34,255 nucleotides of DNA. It comes from Octopus bimaculoides (lineage: Eukaryota). The stretch covers positions 8,932,758 through 8,967,012 of the forward strand of contig NC_068990.1 of assembly GCF_001194135.2 (NCBI RefSeq), read 5' to 3'. A program made the translations under genes and the position numbers. The notes beneath the pieces are model-generated. The model was not told the origin of the DNA and searched no databases. It saw only the letters and a list, made by a program, of their open reading frames with translations. Positions 1 through 11,566 of this stretch are shown here, in pieces (positions within the stretch are counted from its first letter, which is position 1; each line of letters opens with the position of its first letter).

Positions 1-1992
1 ATATATATATATATACATGTGTGTGAGTGTGTGCGCGTGAGCGTGTGTGAAACTTTTTTCTACTGGGAATTTTGTTGGTTCAGTACTTTAAATGAATTTG
101 ACGTGGAATACAGATTATTCTGTAATCTAGTTTATATTCTTACAGCATTTTTTTCAACAAAGCGTATATTCACTAAACCTTGTGAGAGAAGACTGATGCA
201 GCTTAGTGAACATTTATTTGCTGAAACAACATTGGCCATAATTTTCTTCCAAGTCAGTGCTTTCATTCTTAACCACAAAATTTATCCGCTCTGTGGCCAA
301 GTTAATTTGCCTTGCCAATCTAACCTTCCATGGTTATTTTAAATATATAAACCAATGGCTTCCAGCATGTGAGCCTTTTATATCAGTATCAAATTACTAA
401 GACACTATTTAGTTCCTACCCCCAACATTTGATTGTATATGTTTTACTGTCCATATCGATGTAGTTTTTCTTCTTGATTGTATTTAGCCATGATGCATTT
501 TGATGAAAATCATTCGTCTTATTCCATATCTTAAATTATACTGATTTAAGATATCCTTAAGATCTTTTTTAGGAAGATATATATATTTCTCTCCATCTTT
601 TGGAGTATAACTTATAGATTGGAAGTAAACTTGAGGTTACTGCAGCTTCAAAGAAGTTTATTTGTTATTTCGCTAACGAAGTTTCTCACTCACTCACTAT
701 AGTTCGTGTTTTATAGCTATTAATTTCCTCTCAAAAGTTTCGAATCTTCATACATTTTGTCAATTTTCTAGTGAGATATGGTTGGTGCTGTAAAATTATA
801 AATCGCATGATACCTTGTGATGGTATTTAGATATTTAATTCTGCAGTACATGACTTTGATATCTTCTTCTTGGGCTGATTACGTTGAGGTATTTCATTAC
901 TACATGCTCGATACTTAGATGTTCTCTCTCAGAGTAATAGCAGTTGTATACAATCAGGTATTGATTTTTCAGTATGTTTTAGCCATTTTTCCTGTTATAT
1001 CCAGCAACGCCGTGAGCAATTTTTAATGTGGATATAGTTTTTTTCTCCTATTCTCATCAAAAGTGGTTTCTTGTTTACTATAATAATGCATAATGCCCCC
1101 GAAACATGGTGGTCAGAGCTTATATAATACAAAATATTTATTAGCTGTAATTAATTGTAAAATTAAAATTAATCAGTATACCCTAATGAGCTGATCCGTG
1201 GAGCTTAATTCTCATTCTACAATTAGTTACAATCAATAAATACTTTATCATCGTTTAATTTTCTAACTTGCCTGTTTTGGGGACTCTATGCCTTAAAGGG
1301 ATAATTTTATTGTAAAGTTATAGCAAAATATCTTTTCAAAACTTCGTCTACTGTTATAAATTTCTTTTGAAGCAAAATATATTCATCAATTTTTGTTGTT
1401 GGATCTGCTTCAAACAAAAGTAGATGAAGGTTGATTGATGAAAGCAGCAATAAAGACAACAGTTTACATTTGTTTACATTTGTGCCATACTTTCCTATGA
1501 CAGCTTTTGAGTACGAGCTAGCATTACAGGATTTGGAATGACATTTGCTATATATGGTAACACTTGTTGCTCAACGAACGATACCTGTTATCGAATCTGT
1601 TTATCTGTGAAGATTATTTAAATTCCAGAGAATATTGTCCAAGTAATTTTTTAATAGGTCTCATATTGACGTTGGAAGAACGTTTGATAACACTAGAGTA
1701 AATCATAGCTTAAATGTGAAGTCCAAGTAAATTAGAAAGAATACTTAATTGCTAATTGTTGGTAATAATAGTTATTATTAGTGTTGTTCTTGTTTTATCA
1801 ATATTAGCAATGATTCTGAAAGCGAAATTCCACATGATTAAAAGTATTTTGAAAATTAATTCTGAATAGTGCTATACTAGATAAATTGGTACGGGCCTAA
1901 CCTTGTATGCATCTATCTATATATTGCCTGTGGGTGCACTTGTGTGTGTATCTGTGTGTGTGTGCGCATGTATTTGTGCGCGTGTGCGTGTG

Positions 1993-2097
<105 letters not shown>

Positions 2098-2760
2098 CTG
2101 TTTTAAGTATGATTCCTCGAATATTAATTGTTCAATTCTAAACCGGCAATAGAGCTAAAATTATGATATTTATGAGATTTCAAAGAATTATAGTTAGTGT
2201 GATAAAAATTGGAATCAGAATAGGATAGGTGCCACTCCGTGCTTCCAAAACTCGATTGTAGTTTACTTTTTCCACAGCGTTCACTTTGTATGTCTTAAAT
2301 TAGTAAATGGAAAGAACCCTCTAGCAAGAAATGTCCTTCCTCGTATAATCTGATTTTGATCTTGCTTTTTGGTTGCTAGTTGCCTTTAATTCAATTCAAT
2401 TAGCTTATCAACGTTTACTGAATATTATTTATGCCATTAACACCCTTGGGAAATTTGTGAACTTCAGTGAACATCTCTAATTTCCCCTTCACTTTACGAA
2501 TATACCATTAGTGAATATCTGTGTAGGAAAATTGTTCAATTTACTACATTTGACAGAATTGCATAAGATAGATAAAATATTTAAGATGCTGATATATTTT
2601 TCAATGCTCTTCAGAATCTCCGTCTATCTGGACATAATACTACATACTTAAGTACTCTTAGCTGCACCAGAAATTTCCTTGTATCATTAGTCAGTGAAGA
2701 CTAGTAAATAATTCTATGATGCTACTGTAAATAACTCTATGGTGCTACTTTAGTTGTTAT

Positions 2761-2875
2761 GATGGTGATCTGGTAAAGTTGTTAGAGCATCGAGTGAGAA
2801 ACGTTTTGCTACGTTTATTTTAGTTTCTTGCATTCAGAGTCGGCCAAATTCAATTTTATCTTTCGTCTTTTGGTG
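2761..2875 (+). mobile_element. Degenerate 5' part of tRNA-derived SINE (family A)
   Basis: ggtgatctggtaaagttgttagagcatcg...cagagtcggccaaattcaattttatctttcgtcttttgg loosely matches better-preserved family A copies at 16699 and 25193. Confidence 0.55.
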
Positions 2876-3020
2876 AATAATAAAGGGAATATTAATCTAA
2901 GATGATGCGCCTTGTGTTATTTGCTCCGGCTTTTGTGCTCCAATTTCAAATCCTGTGATCATCTTTAGTGAGAGGTTATATCCATTGCCCGGTTTAACAT
3001 CAACATTTGCTATAAAGATG

Positions 3021-3220
3021 TACGAGGGATGCTAAAAAGTTCTTGGTTTTAAAGATCGCGAAAGGCCTGGTTGGAGGCCCAAACTTCCGAGTTCTTTTAC
3101 AGAATTTAGAAAAACTGAAGGACTGCTACAATAAGAGAGAGGAATATGTTGAATAAAATCATAATTAACTTCTGTATTTTCTTTTACCCAAAACCAGGAA
3201 ATTTTCAGCAACTCCTCGTA
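3021..3220 (+). mobile_element. Mariner-derived MITE (non-autonomous deletion derivative)
   Basis: Imperfect ~30-bp terminal inverted repeats TACGAGGGATGCTAAAAAGTTCTTGGTTTT / AAAACCAGGAAATTTTCAGCAACTCCTCGTA with TA at both ends. The interior retains GAATATGTTGAATAA (EYVE*), which resembles a mariner transposase C-terminus. Confidence 0.8.
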
Positions 3221-3923
3221 CATAACGAAGTCTACATCTTTGAAAACCTTTTATCCACGCCTTCGGTTTGGAGATACCATACACTTTCCTTCCCGTCAGT
3301 CTAAAAAGTCTTATAAAGTATCATGAGCACTCGACGGATAAGTTCGTGTTAGCTTACTTTTTTTATCGGTAGCTTTATTGTTGTTAACGCAAAGAAGTTA
3401 ATGAAGTGGTTGAATCCCAGTTATGATGTTTTAAGACATAGTATAGTAACTTTCAAACCGATGAAGACGCTTGTATGCGGTCGTTAAATCTGCAAGGATC
3501 AACAACCACAAATTTTATGCTAATTATACATTACCATTTTTAAAAGGGGAGAGCAGTTTTATTACCGCGCTTAAAAATATAGTCGGGATAGTGGTGGCTC
3601 TTATGTCTTTGGTGTTTAGTTTGCTTGATCACAGCTAACCTGTCTTTAAGCAATATTATGACATTATGGATTATTACCTGTACAAGGAACCTGCGACCTT
3701 AAATAAAGACAACATTTACATTAATGATGTTATTTTATCGAAATCTTTATTCATTATCATGTGCCTTACTCTGCAAGTAACCACATTCTCCCTAAATAAT
3801 AGCGTAAGTGGTTGTCTTGGAAGAAGGAATATGGAGAAGAATTCATGAACAGTCTCCTCACAACACAGACAATTTTGCGGGAGAAGAGAATTAATCAAGT
3901 GCTTGACTGATATTATATTTTGT

Positions 3924-3980
3924 CGACCTCGGAAGTATGAAAAGCAAATTTTCAGATCGGTGGAATTTGAACTCAGAACG
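3924..3980 (-). mobile_element. Family A SINE fragment
   Basis: cgacctcggaagtatgaaaagcaaa...ggtggaatttgaactcagaacg is the reverse complement of the family A B-box and central region. Confidence 0.65.
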
Positions 3981-4811
3981 CATTTATTCTTACGCTTTAA
4001 CAGTTCTGGCGATATCTATAATGGTATATAGTAATACATCGAAGGGATTTCTTATTCAATTACATGATCAATTTTTGAAGTAAAAGTGAATTACTTACCA
4101 AATCAACTTCAATGAAGTCAAAACTTAATTGACTTTGTAATTACGAAAGGAAAACTCAAAACCCGATTAATTTGAACTAAAGACAATGTAAAACTAATTG
4201 CTCTCAAGCGTCTCATCTCAGCCCTAGTTCTACTGTCCGTGAAATCATAATTGCAATTCTAATTGCCTTCAATAATGCAGTACGTGATGGGAGCAGTCTT
4301 TCCTTTACTTAAACTAGATATTGTGTAGTGGATAATGCCTTGGTATGAGGTTTCTATCATCATTAGTTCTGATATATTATGCATCGAATAAAACATGAAC
4401 AGAGTTTGTTCTGAACGATCCAACACAATTCCTTCGAATTTGTTGCAGTTTATGACAACTATAAGAACACGATGAATTGCCAAAAGAGTATTTACATTAA
4501 ACGAATAATTAAGGTTTTTGTGAGACACCAGCTTATATCTTGCAAACAACAGCCATCAGAAACTCAGACTCAGTTTCTTCATGACTTAAAATTTACGGCG
4601 AAAAAATGCAATTTGAAGGAATGACGTCTGAATAGTATTCAAAAAAAATAATATTCGATATTTTTACTTCTGGAACAAGATAGACAGACATAAGACCCAT
4701 ACTACTCGAAAACAAAGCACCAGATTTAATTAACAGTGTTACAAACCAGAGCGATTAGACTTGGATGAAAAGAATTCTAGCGTTTATAACCTAAATATCT
4801 TTGCAAATATT

Positions 4812-5033
4812 AATTTCTTTATTGCCCGCAGGGAGCTAAACATAGAGCGAACAAACAAGAAGATTAAGTCGATAACATCGACCCCAGTGCGTAACTGGTA
4901 TTTATTTAATTGATCCCGAAAGGATGAAAAGCAAAGTCAACCTCGGCGGAATTTGAACTCAGAATGTAACGGCAGACGAAATACTGCTAAGCTTTTTGCC
5001 CTGCGTGCTAACGATTCTGCCAGCTCGCCGCCC
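4812..5033 (-). mobile_element. Full-length tRNA-derived SINE (family A)
   Basis: Reverse complement starts GGCGGCGAGCTGGCAGAATCGTTAGCACG (A-box-like), contains GAGTTCAAATTCC (B-box-like) and the twin 3' hairpins, and ends in a variant tail (...gtttagctccctgcgggcaataaag). Confidence 0.92.
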
Positions 5034-5099
5034 TATTTTTCGCAAATATGTTACTGTTACAAAGTAGACACTGGTCTTGAAGCTATTTACGCAGTTGCT

Positions 5100-6925
5100 T
5101 AACAGAAGTGTTCCTGTAACAAATATAGACATGACACTGTACAGCAAGGGATCCACATTAAACTGTGGAAAAAACTGACCAACAATCTCCAACGATTTAA
5201 TTTCTTCAACTTTCAAGTTTTCCAAATTTACTGGGATATCTAATATCTGGTGCATTAATTACTATTATGATTAGCAATCACTCAGTAGAAGTTCTAATTA
5301 TCAATGAAGATACTGGTAATTTACAATGAGTTGTAATCGCTAAATAGAATGGTTAGTTATTAAAGTATTAAAAGATAATGCTGTGGCGGCACTAATACCA
5401 CTTACTTCACCAATTATGAGTATATGCGAAGTTGACAGGCAGTAAATACTGCTGGTAATATTATTCACTCTCAAGTCGGGTATAATATTTGGGACAGACT
5501 TTTATGCTTCAGTATCCTTTAGTGACATTTATGTTTAATGGTCTTGAAACACTTCTAGTATTGTAAAACTTTACATGCCTGAATATTCAACCGCTTACAC
5601 ATTTCGCAAATTTAACAATGAATGCACAGCATATTGCGATATCTACTTATGGATATTAGGAAGTTCATTAAACCAGAGATAAATTATCTAATTAATAATC
5701 AGCATTTTAGACCCAAGTAGATGACTTTGAAGTAATAAAAACAAAATCAAAAGTTCCAAACGGCACATAAGATTGATAACGCAACTACAATCGACATTTA
5801 TACACTTCTTGACTTTTTCCAGTAATAACCGTTGACTAGTTGACCCATGTCATATCTCAAAATTCTTCATTTAACAAGGTATGTGCGTAATATACCGAAT
5901 ACTAACTTCTAGATGTGATTAAATACCGTTTTTGCACAGCATTTCAAGATTTCTATGCTCATGCAACTAGGATAATTGTCTTAGTTTGCAAGCCTTCTAT
6001 TAGGCCTTATATACACAGCGGCGTGTTTTTCAATCAAATTCTCTTGCATAATCTCTTTAAATTTATGGTACTTAAATGGCACTGTTGTATGCAGTAATTC
6101 TATTGAAATCATAACGTAAATTTAGAAACATTTCTATCATAAGATTTTTGCTTTTTCAGTAAAACAGGTACCAATTTTGGGTGTTATTGAAGTTAAAATC
6201 ATAGAATAATAATTGATCCCAATGAATTATTTACTCGTATACGTCTTAATATTCTTCTCAAATGGAACTTTAGAAAATATCATTGGGCTGCTAGTTTATT
6301 ACAGCAAATGGTTTGTACATTTTTCTTAAAACCTAATAACCTATAATGAAATATACCTCTTTTTGCCATTCCTCAAATAGTTCTTTCTGTTTTCGAAACT
6401 ATTAAAGTCGATATAAAAAATGTGCCTCCATACGATTGTCAACTCTATTTCGTTTAAAGTTGAGACCGACACGTCAGACACCGCTATTGCTCCTATCCAT
6501 GAACTATCAATCCATCTGAAAAAAAGTTTCGTTTGCAACTTTACGTATTATTAAGTTAAAATGTGTAAGCCTAAGATCTATTCGCTGATTTGTGTTACAT
6601 TAATGTTAATTTTTGCTAATTCATTTTTTTTATTTCTGAAAGGAAGGTGAATGTTGTTACTCTACTGACCTTTAATTATATAACATATGAAAAGCTAGTT
6701 CTATCCCTTATTTAAAGCAGATAATTAGCTGTAACATAATTTGGTATACGCTTTCATTCGACAGCTACCATTATCAATAATGGCGGTTCATAAGAAGCAA
6801 GAAAAACTTCTACAATAATCTTTTGGACAAACAACATAGTATAAATATAGGAATAAAGCGAAAATAAAATCTAGCATTGTAGGAAAGACTTCAGAAGATT
6901 ACAAGATGGCTTGGCTATTTTAGTT
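5100..6925 (+). pseudogene. Possible heavily decayed LRR-TM-TIR (Toll-like receptor-like) relic
   Basis: Hand translation across stops and frameshifts gives, in TLR order: KCSC...TLNCGKN (LRRNT-like), LRR-like pieces (FNGLETLLVL, FANLT, LDF.SNN, LKILHLT), NVPPYDCQLYFV...YCSYP (LRRCT-like, ~6420-6510), a hydrophobic segment CKPKIYSLICVTLMLIFANSFFLFLKGR (6564-6647), YAFI in the same frame at 6747 (box1-like) and SEDYKMAWLF*F (6891-6926). Many stops; chance matches in AT-rich DNA are not excluded. Confidence 0.35.
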
Positions 6926-7254
6926 TATATCTAAATATACTTTCTCATTTGCATCTTTTTTCTTCATTCATTTTTCTTCTTCATTTTCACATGATTCACT
7001 CCATCATTATTCCTCCCGTCTTGTCATCTTACATCTCAAATCTTATAATAATCAGTATATATACGGCATCTCATCTTAACTACAAGTCCTTCAATTACAT
7101 ATCTTGTAGATCAATCTTTCAGGTATTTCTCTCGCTATCTCGACATCTCTACCATTTTTACTTTCAGTCTCACTATCTTTTTTTTTGCATCAACACAGAC
7201 ACAGTTACAGGCACATATATGCACATACATATATGTGTATGCGTGTGAATGTGC

Positions 7255-7358
7255 ATGAGAGATAGAGGGAGAGAGACAAAGAGAGAGAGAGACACGCTCT
7301 CTCTTTCTCCCCCTCTCTCTCTCTCTTTCTCTCTCTCTATATATAGGTAGATAGATTC

Positions 7359-7418
<60 letters not shown>

Positions 7419-7420
7419 GC
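7255..7420. repeat. Compound (GA)n/(CT)n/(GATA)n microsatellite
   Basis: Directly visible GA and CT runs followed by a long GATA array at ~7360-7417. Confidence 0.97.
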
Positions 7421-8100
7421 AGACAAAGAGACACGTACATACATAAACAAACAAATATGAAATATATATATTTACATATATTCACACCTGTCTTGTGAAT
7501 GAGTGTGTGTGTATGTGTGTATTTCGGTTCAACTTGAGATCGAGCATAAACCGTTTCTTATTGCTGTCATATACCTGTATGAGGTATGTCAGCTTCTCTA
7601 CACTACCAGGGACCCTTAATTCACAACCAAGCCCGTACTTTGTTTTACATTTATTTTGAGAAATGTGGTGAGGGATTTTCCAAGGGGCTTATTAACAGCG
7701 GCCCTACATTTGTGCAATCGCCGTGAAATTACTGGAGTTCTTGAATCAAATTTCGATTGTAGTTCAATCAGCACAATTTCAGCTTAAGGGCCTCGAACTT
7801 TAATACTTTTTAAATCTCTCGGATTTGTCTTTGACATCCGAAACTTAATCTTTTGCGTCGTTTTTTTCTATGTGTTTTATTCTTGTATCCTTCTTTTTGT
7901 TCATATTTTAATTGTTATTGTTGCTGCTGCTGCTGCTTTTTAATATGCTGTCGTCATCGTCGTTGTTGTTTAATATGAGCGTTTGCAATTTCATCAGCTT
8001 CTGTAGTTATTATAATGGAAGGGTATAATGATTAAGAGATTTGGTGGCAAATCGGACGACAGCATCAGCGCTCCATCATGCGATGAAATGTTTCAATTAA

Positions 8101-8181
<81 letters not shown>

Positions 8182-8203
8182 GTAATAATAATAATAATAA
8201 TAA
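8101..8203. repeat. (AAT)n microsatellite
   Basis: More than 30 AAT units with one AGT interruption; lies just 5' of the first R4/Dong copy. Confidence 0.99.
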
Positions 8204-8257
8204 TGGTTGATGATATGCACTGCTCTCTCACTCAATAATAATAATAATAGTAGTAAC

Positions 8258-9611
8258 AATGGTGATGAGACGAGGAAAACGTGTCAGGACAGTAGGCATG
8301 TGGTTGCCAAGTGGTGAAGTTATGTAGGCAATTCAACCTCAATCCAGCTATAAATATCTGGGAATACTTGAGGCAGATGAAATCAGACTAAAAGTCATGA
8401 AGGAAAAGACAAAAAGAGAGTACTTGCGGCGAGTGAGGAAAATATTGGTTTCAAAGCTGAATACCAGAAACTCGCATGCCACTGAAATCCTGAAGTGGAC
8501 AGAGGAGGAGCTAAAAGAGATGAACAGGAAGTCAAGAAAGCTCCTAAGAAAGCCCATCATCCACGTGCAGACACTGATCGCCTATACATGAAGAGAGAAA
8601 ATGGTGGAAGGGGACTGATAAGTGTGGAAGACTGCGTGCGTATCGAACTCGAGACCTTAATGAGATACCTAGCCCGAAGTAAGGAAACCTTGCTAGTGAC
8701 AGTTAGGAACGAGGGAGTATTGAGAGCAACGAAAAAAGGGAAAACAAAAAAAGAAGTACAAAAAGTACACGAAGAAGAATTATGCAAGACGGGACAACAC
8801 AATCAATTCCATGCAGCCACAACAGAAGTTGCTGGGAAAAATTGGTGGGATTGGTTGATAAAAGGAACCCTAAAAAAAGAGACCGAGAGCACTATACTAG
8901 CAGTACAAGACCAAGCTTTGGTCACGAACTAGAGGGTCAACCTTTGGAATGAGCAGATGTCTCCGCTGTGCCGCATCTGCAATAGAGTAGATGAAGCCAT
9001 TGCCCATGTCACGAACGAATGCCCTAGACTTTCCCAAAACCACTGACACGACCAGGTAGTGAAAGTGCTATATTGGAAACTGTGCGAAAAGTAGGGGCTA
9101 GTGAGAAGCAAGACGTGGTATGAGCACAAACCGCAGAGAGTGGCGGAGTCAGAGACTAGCAAAATCCTCTGGGATTTCCCAGTCCAAACAGATCAGGTGC
9201 TAGGACATAACAGACCGGAGCGAGTGATGGTGGACGAGGTGCACCACACATGCTATATAGTTGATTTTGCATACCCCTTTCACCCACCAATAGTCAAGAA
9301 GGAGGGCGAAAAGATGGATACAACCCTCTTAAGTACAAAATAGTCCGGCTATGAAAAATGAAGAAAGTGACGGTAGTGCCAATTATTGTTGGTCCCTTTG
9401 GAACAGTATCAGAAGGCGTCAAGAGAAATATAAAGGAAATTGGAATAGACTGCCCAGTAGAACTGTTACAAAAGGTTTGTCTCCTTGGTACGGCCAGAAT
9501 AATCATGAAAGTATTTGATAGCTGAAAAGAGCAAATAGCATGGTACCGTAGGTAGTAAGCCCGCGACACATGCAAGACTCCAGGAGCCCCAACAAAACCT
9601 GTGATGAAGAG
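8258..9611 (+). mobile_element. 5'-truncated, disrupted R4/Dong-clade non-LTR retrotransposon (copy 1)
   Basis: Translates to YKYLGILEADEI..MKEKTKREYLRRVRKILVSKLN, HHPRADTDRLYMKRENGGRGLISVEDC, WDWLIKGTLKKETESTILAVQDQAL, the CCHC finger CRIC...AHVTNEC (~8969), KILWDFPVQTD...CYIVDFAYP (restriction-like endonuclease) and VPIIVG...LLGTARII..VFDS* (stop 9523-9525). A short 3' UTR runs into TAA/TGA repeats. Several frameshifts and stops. Confidence 0.92.
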
Positions 9612-9629
9612 ATAATAATGATGATGATG

Positions 9630-9679
<50 letters not shown>

Positions 9680-9834
9680 TTCAACAACAACAACAACAAG
9701 AATAATAATAATAATAATACAAGAAATCAATCTACCTAACAAATACGAAGAAGAAGAAGAAGAAGAAGAAGAAGAAGAAGAAGAAGAAGAAGAAGAAGAA
9801 GAAGAAGAAGAAGAAGAAGAAGAAGAAGAAGAAG
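9612..9834. repeat. Compound (AAT)/(GAT)/(AAC)/(AAG)n microsatellite
   Basis: Directly visible; the GAA run ends at the N gap. Confidence 0.98.
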
Positions 9835-10397
9835 NNNNNNNNNNNNNNNNNNNNNNNNNNNNNNNNNNNNNNNNNNNNNNNNNNNNNNNNNNNNNNNNNN
9901 NNNNNNNNNNNNNNNNNNNNNNNNNNNNNNNNNNNNNNNNNNNNNNNNNNNNNNNNNNNNNNNNNNNNNNNNNNNNNNNNNNNNNNNNNNNNNNNNNNNN
10001 NNNNNNNNNNNNNNNNNNNNNNNNNNNNNNNNNNNNNNNNNNNNNNNNNNNNNNNNNNNNNNNNNNNNNNNNNNNNNNNNNNNNNNNNNNNNNNNNNNNN
10101 NNNNNNNNNNNNNNNNNNNNNNNNNNNNNNNNNNNNNNNNNNNNNNNNNNNNNNNNNNNNNNNNNNNNNNNNNNNNNNNNNNNNNNNNNNNNNNNNNNNN
10201 NNNNNNNNNNNNNNNNNNNNNNNNNNNNNNNNNNNNNNNNNNNNNNNNNNNNNNNNNNNNNNNNNNNNNNNNNNNNNNNNNNNNNNNNNNNNNNNNNNNN
10301 NNNNNNNNNNNNNNNNNNNNNNNNNNNNNNNNNNNNNNNNNNNNNNNNNNNNNNNNNNNNNNNNNNNNNNNNNNNNNNNNNNNNNNNNNNNNNNNNN
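9835..10397. other. Assembly gap (N run)
   Basis: 563 Ns. Other gaps lie at 13532-13720, ~20226-20234, 24873-24882 and 29302-29410. Confidence 0.99.
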
Positions 10398-10681
10398 AAC
10401 TCGAATGTGGAATCTAAAAACAGAAACAATTCCTATCATAGTAGGTGCCTTAGGTATAATAAAAAAAATATTCAGACAAATACATAACAAAAACACCAGG
10501 ACTTACAAATATATATAACATACAGAAAATTGCACTACTGGGTACTGCACACATTCTACGCAAAACACTTTCATACAGTAAACATAAGAGCACCACAGCA
10601 AACCACAGCACATACTCAAGGCGCACAGAGCTGCGCTCGGTAGTGAAGTGAAAGCACGTTATAAAAATAAAACTACTGAAC
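10398..10681 (+). mobile_element. 3' end of R4/Dong-type retrotransposon (copy 2, distinct subfamily)
   Basis: TRMWNLKTETIPIIVGALGII...IQKIALLGTAHILRKTLS is the conserved R4/Dong C-terminus. The 3' UTR differs from copies 1 and 3 and ends in (AAT)n; the 5' part is lost in the gap. Confidence 0.88.
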
Positions 10682-10697
10682 AATAATAATAATAATA

Positions 10698-10741
<44 letters not shown>

Positions 10742-10742
10742 G

Positions 10743-10780
<38 letters not shown>
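10682..10780. repeat. (AAT)n/(ATT)n inverted microsatellite junction
   Basis: Six AAT units switch to a long ATT run, giving a perfect 17-bp-arm palindrome centred at 10698/10699. Confidence 0.95.
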
Positions 10781-10781
<1 letters not shown>

Positions 10782-11392
10782 GACCAGAAAGAATATAGCC
10801 CACTAACCCAAAGAGAATATACGAGACGTCATGACAACATAGCAAAGATTGTCCATTGGACACTTTGCAACAAGTATGGACTCGACAGAGCAAAAATATG
10901 GTACAAACATAAACCCGAAGTCATCAATGAAAATTATAATGCAAAGTTCCTATGGAATATTACGATTCAGTGCGACCATGCGATAAAGAATAGGAAACCA
11001 GACATAGTGTTAATTGAGAAAGAAAGCAAACGATGCTGGATCATAGATATAACATGCCCAGCTGACAACAAGGTATGCGATAAGGAAGAAAGAAAAGCCG
11101 ATAGATATAACAAGTTATATCTATGGGAGGTTAAGCACTTATGGTCGCTGAAAAAAGTGGTAGTAGTACCAATAATTGTCGGAGCTCTGGTAACGGTAAG
11201 TAAAAATCTTGAGAAGTAAATGGAACAAATAGGGGAATCGATAAGGGTAGAACACGTGCAGAAAACAGCCCTGCTTGGAACCGCTCGAATACTCCGAATG
11301 GTGCTCGAAAAATAAGGGGTATTCTTTTAGTTCACTGGTAGGGATCAGCTGACACCGTAGTACATCTCCAGCGCTAAAAGCTGTGCAAAGAC
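10779..11392 (+). mobile_element. 5'-truncated R4/Dong-type retrotransposon (copy 3): endonuclease domain and 3' UTR
   Basis: QREYTRRHDNIAKIVHWTLCNKYGL..WYKHKPE..FLWNITIQCDH..RKPDIVLIEKESKRCWIIDITCPADNKVCDKEERK (PD...D...K restriction-like endonuclease), then VVPIIVGAL and TALLGTARILRMVLEK*. The 3' UTR ends in (AAT)n. Confidence 0.93.
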
Positions 11393-11412
11393 AATAATAA
11401 TAATAATAATAA

Positions 11413-11443
<31 letters not shown>

Positions 11444-11566
11444 AAGAAGAAGAAGAAGAAGAAGAAGAAGAAGAAGAAGAAGAAGAAGAAGAAGAAGAAG
11501 AAGAAGAAGAAGAAGAAGAAGAAGAAGAAGAATGATGATGATGACGATGATGATGATGATGATGAT
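11393..11566. repeat. Compound (AAT)(AAG)(GAT)n microsatellite
   Basis: Directly visible; about 39 GAA units. Confidence 0.98.

Noticed and set aside
230-330. Minus-strand LTWPQSG*ILWLRMKAL, resembling the TIR box 3 region
   Set aside because: An isolated short match; upstream minus-strand frames gave no box 1, box 2 or transmembrane segment.
4959-5255. 98-aa minus-strand ORF (MHQILDIPVNLENL...)
   Set aside because: Its C-terminus is SINE sequence, it has no recognisable motif, and it is antisense to the LRR-like relic.
9503-10496. Long ORFs of 250-308 aa
   Set aside because: They are open only because they run through an N gap; the same applies at 13479-13799 and 29175-29569.
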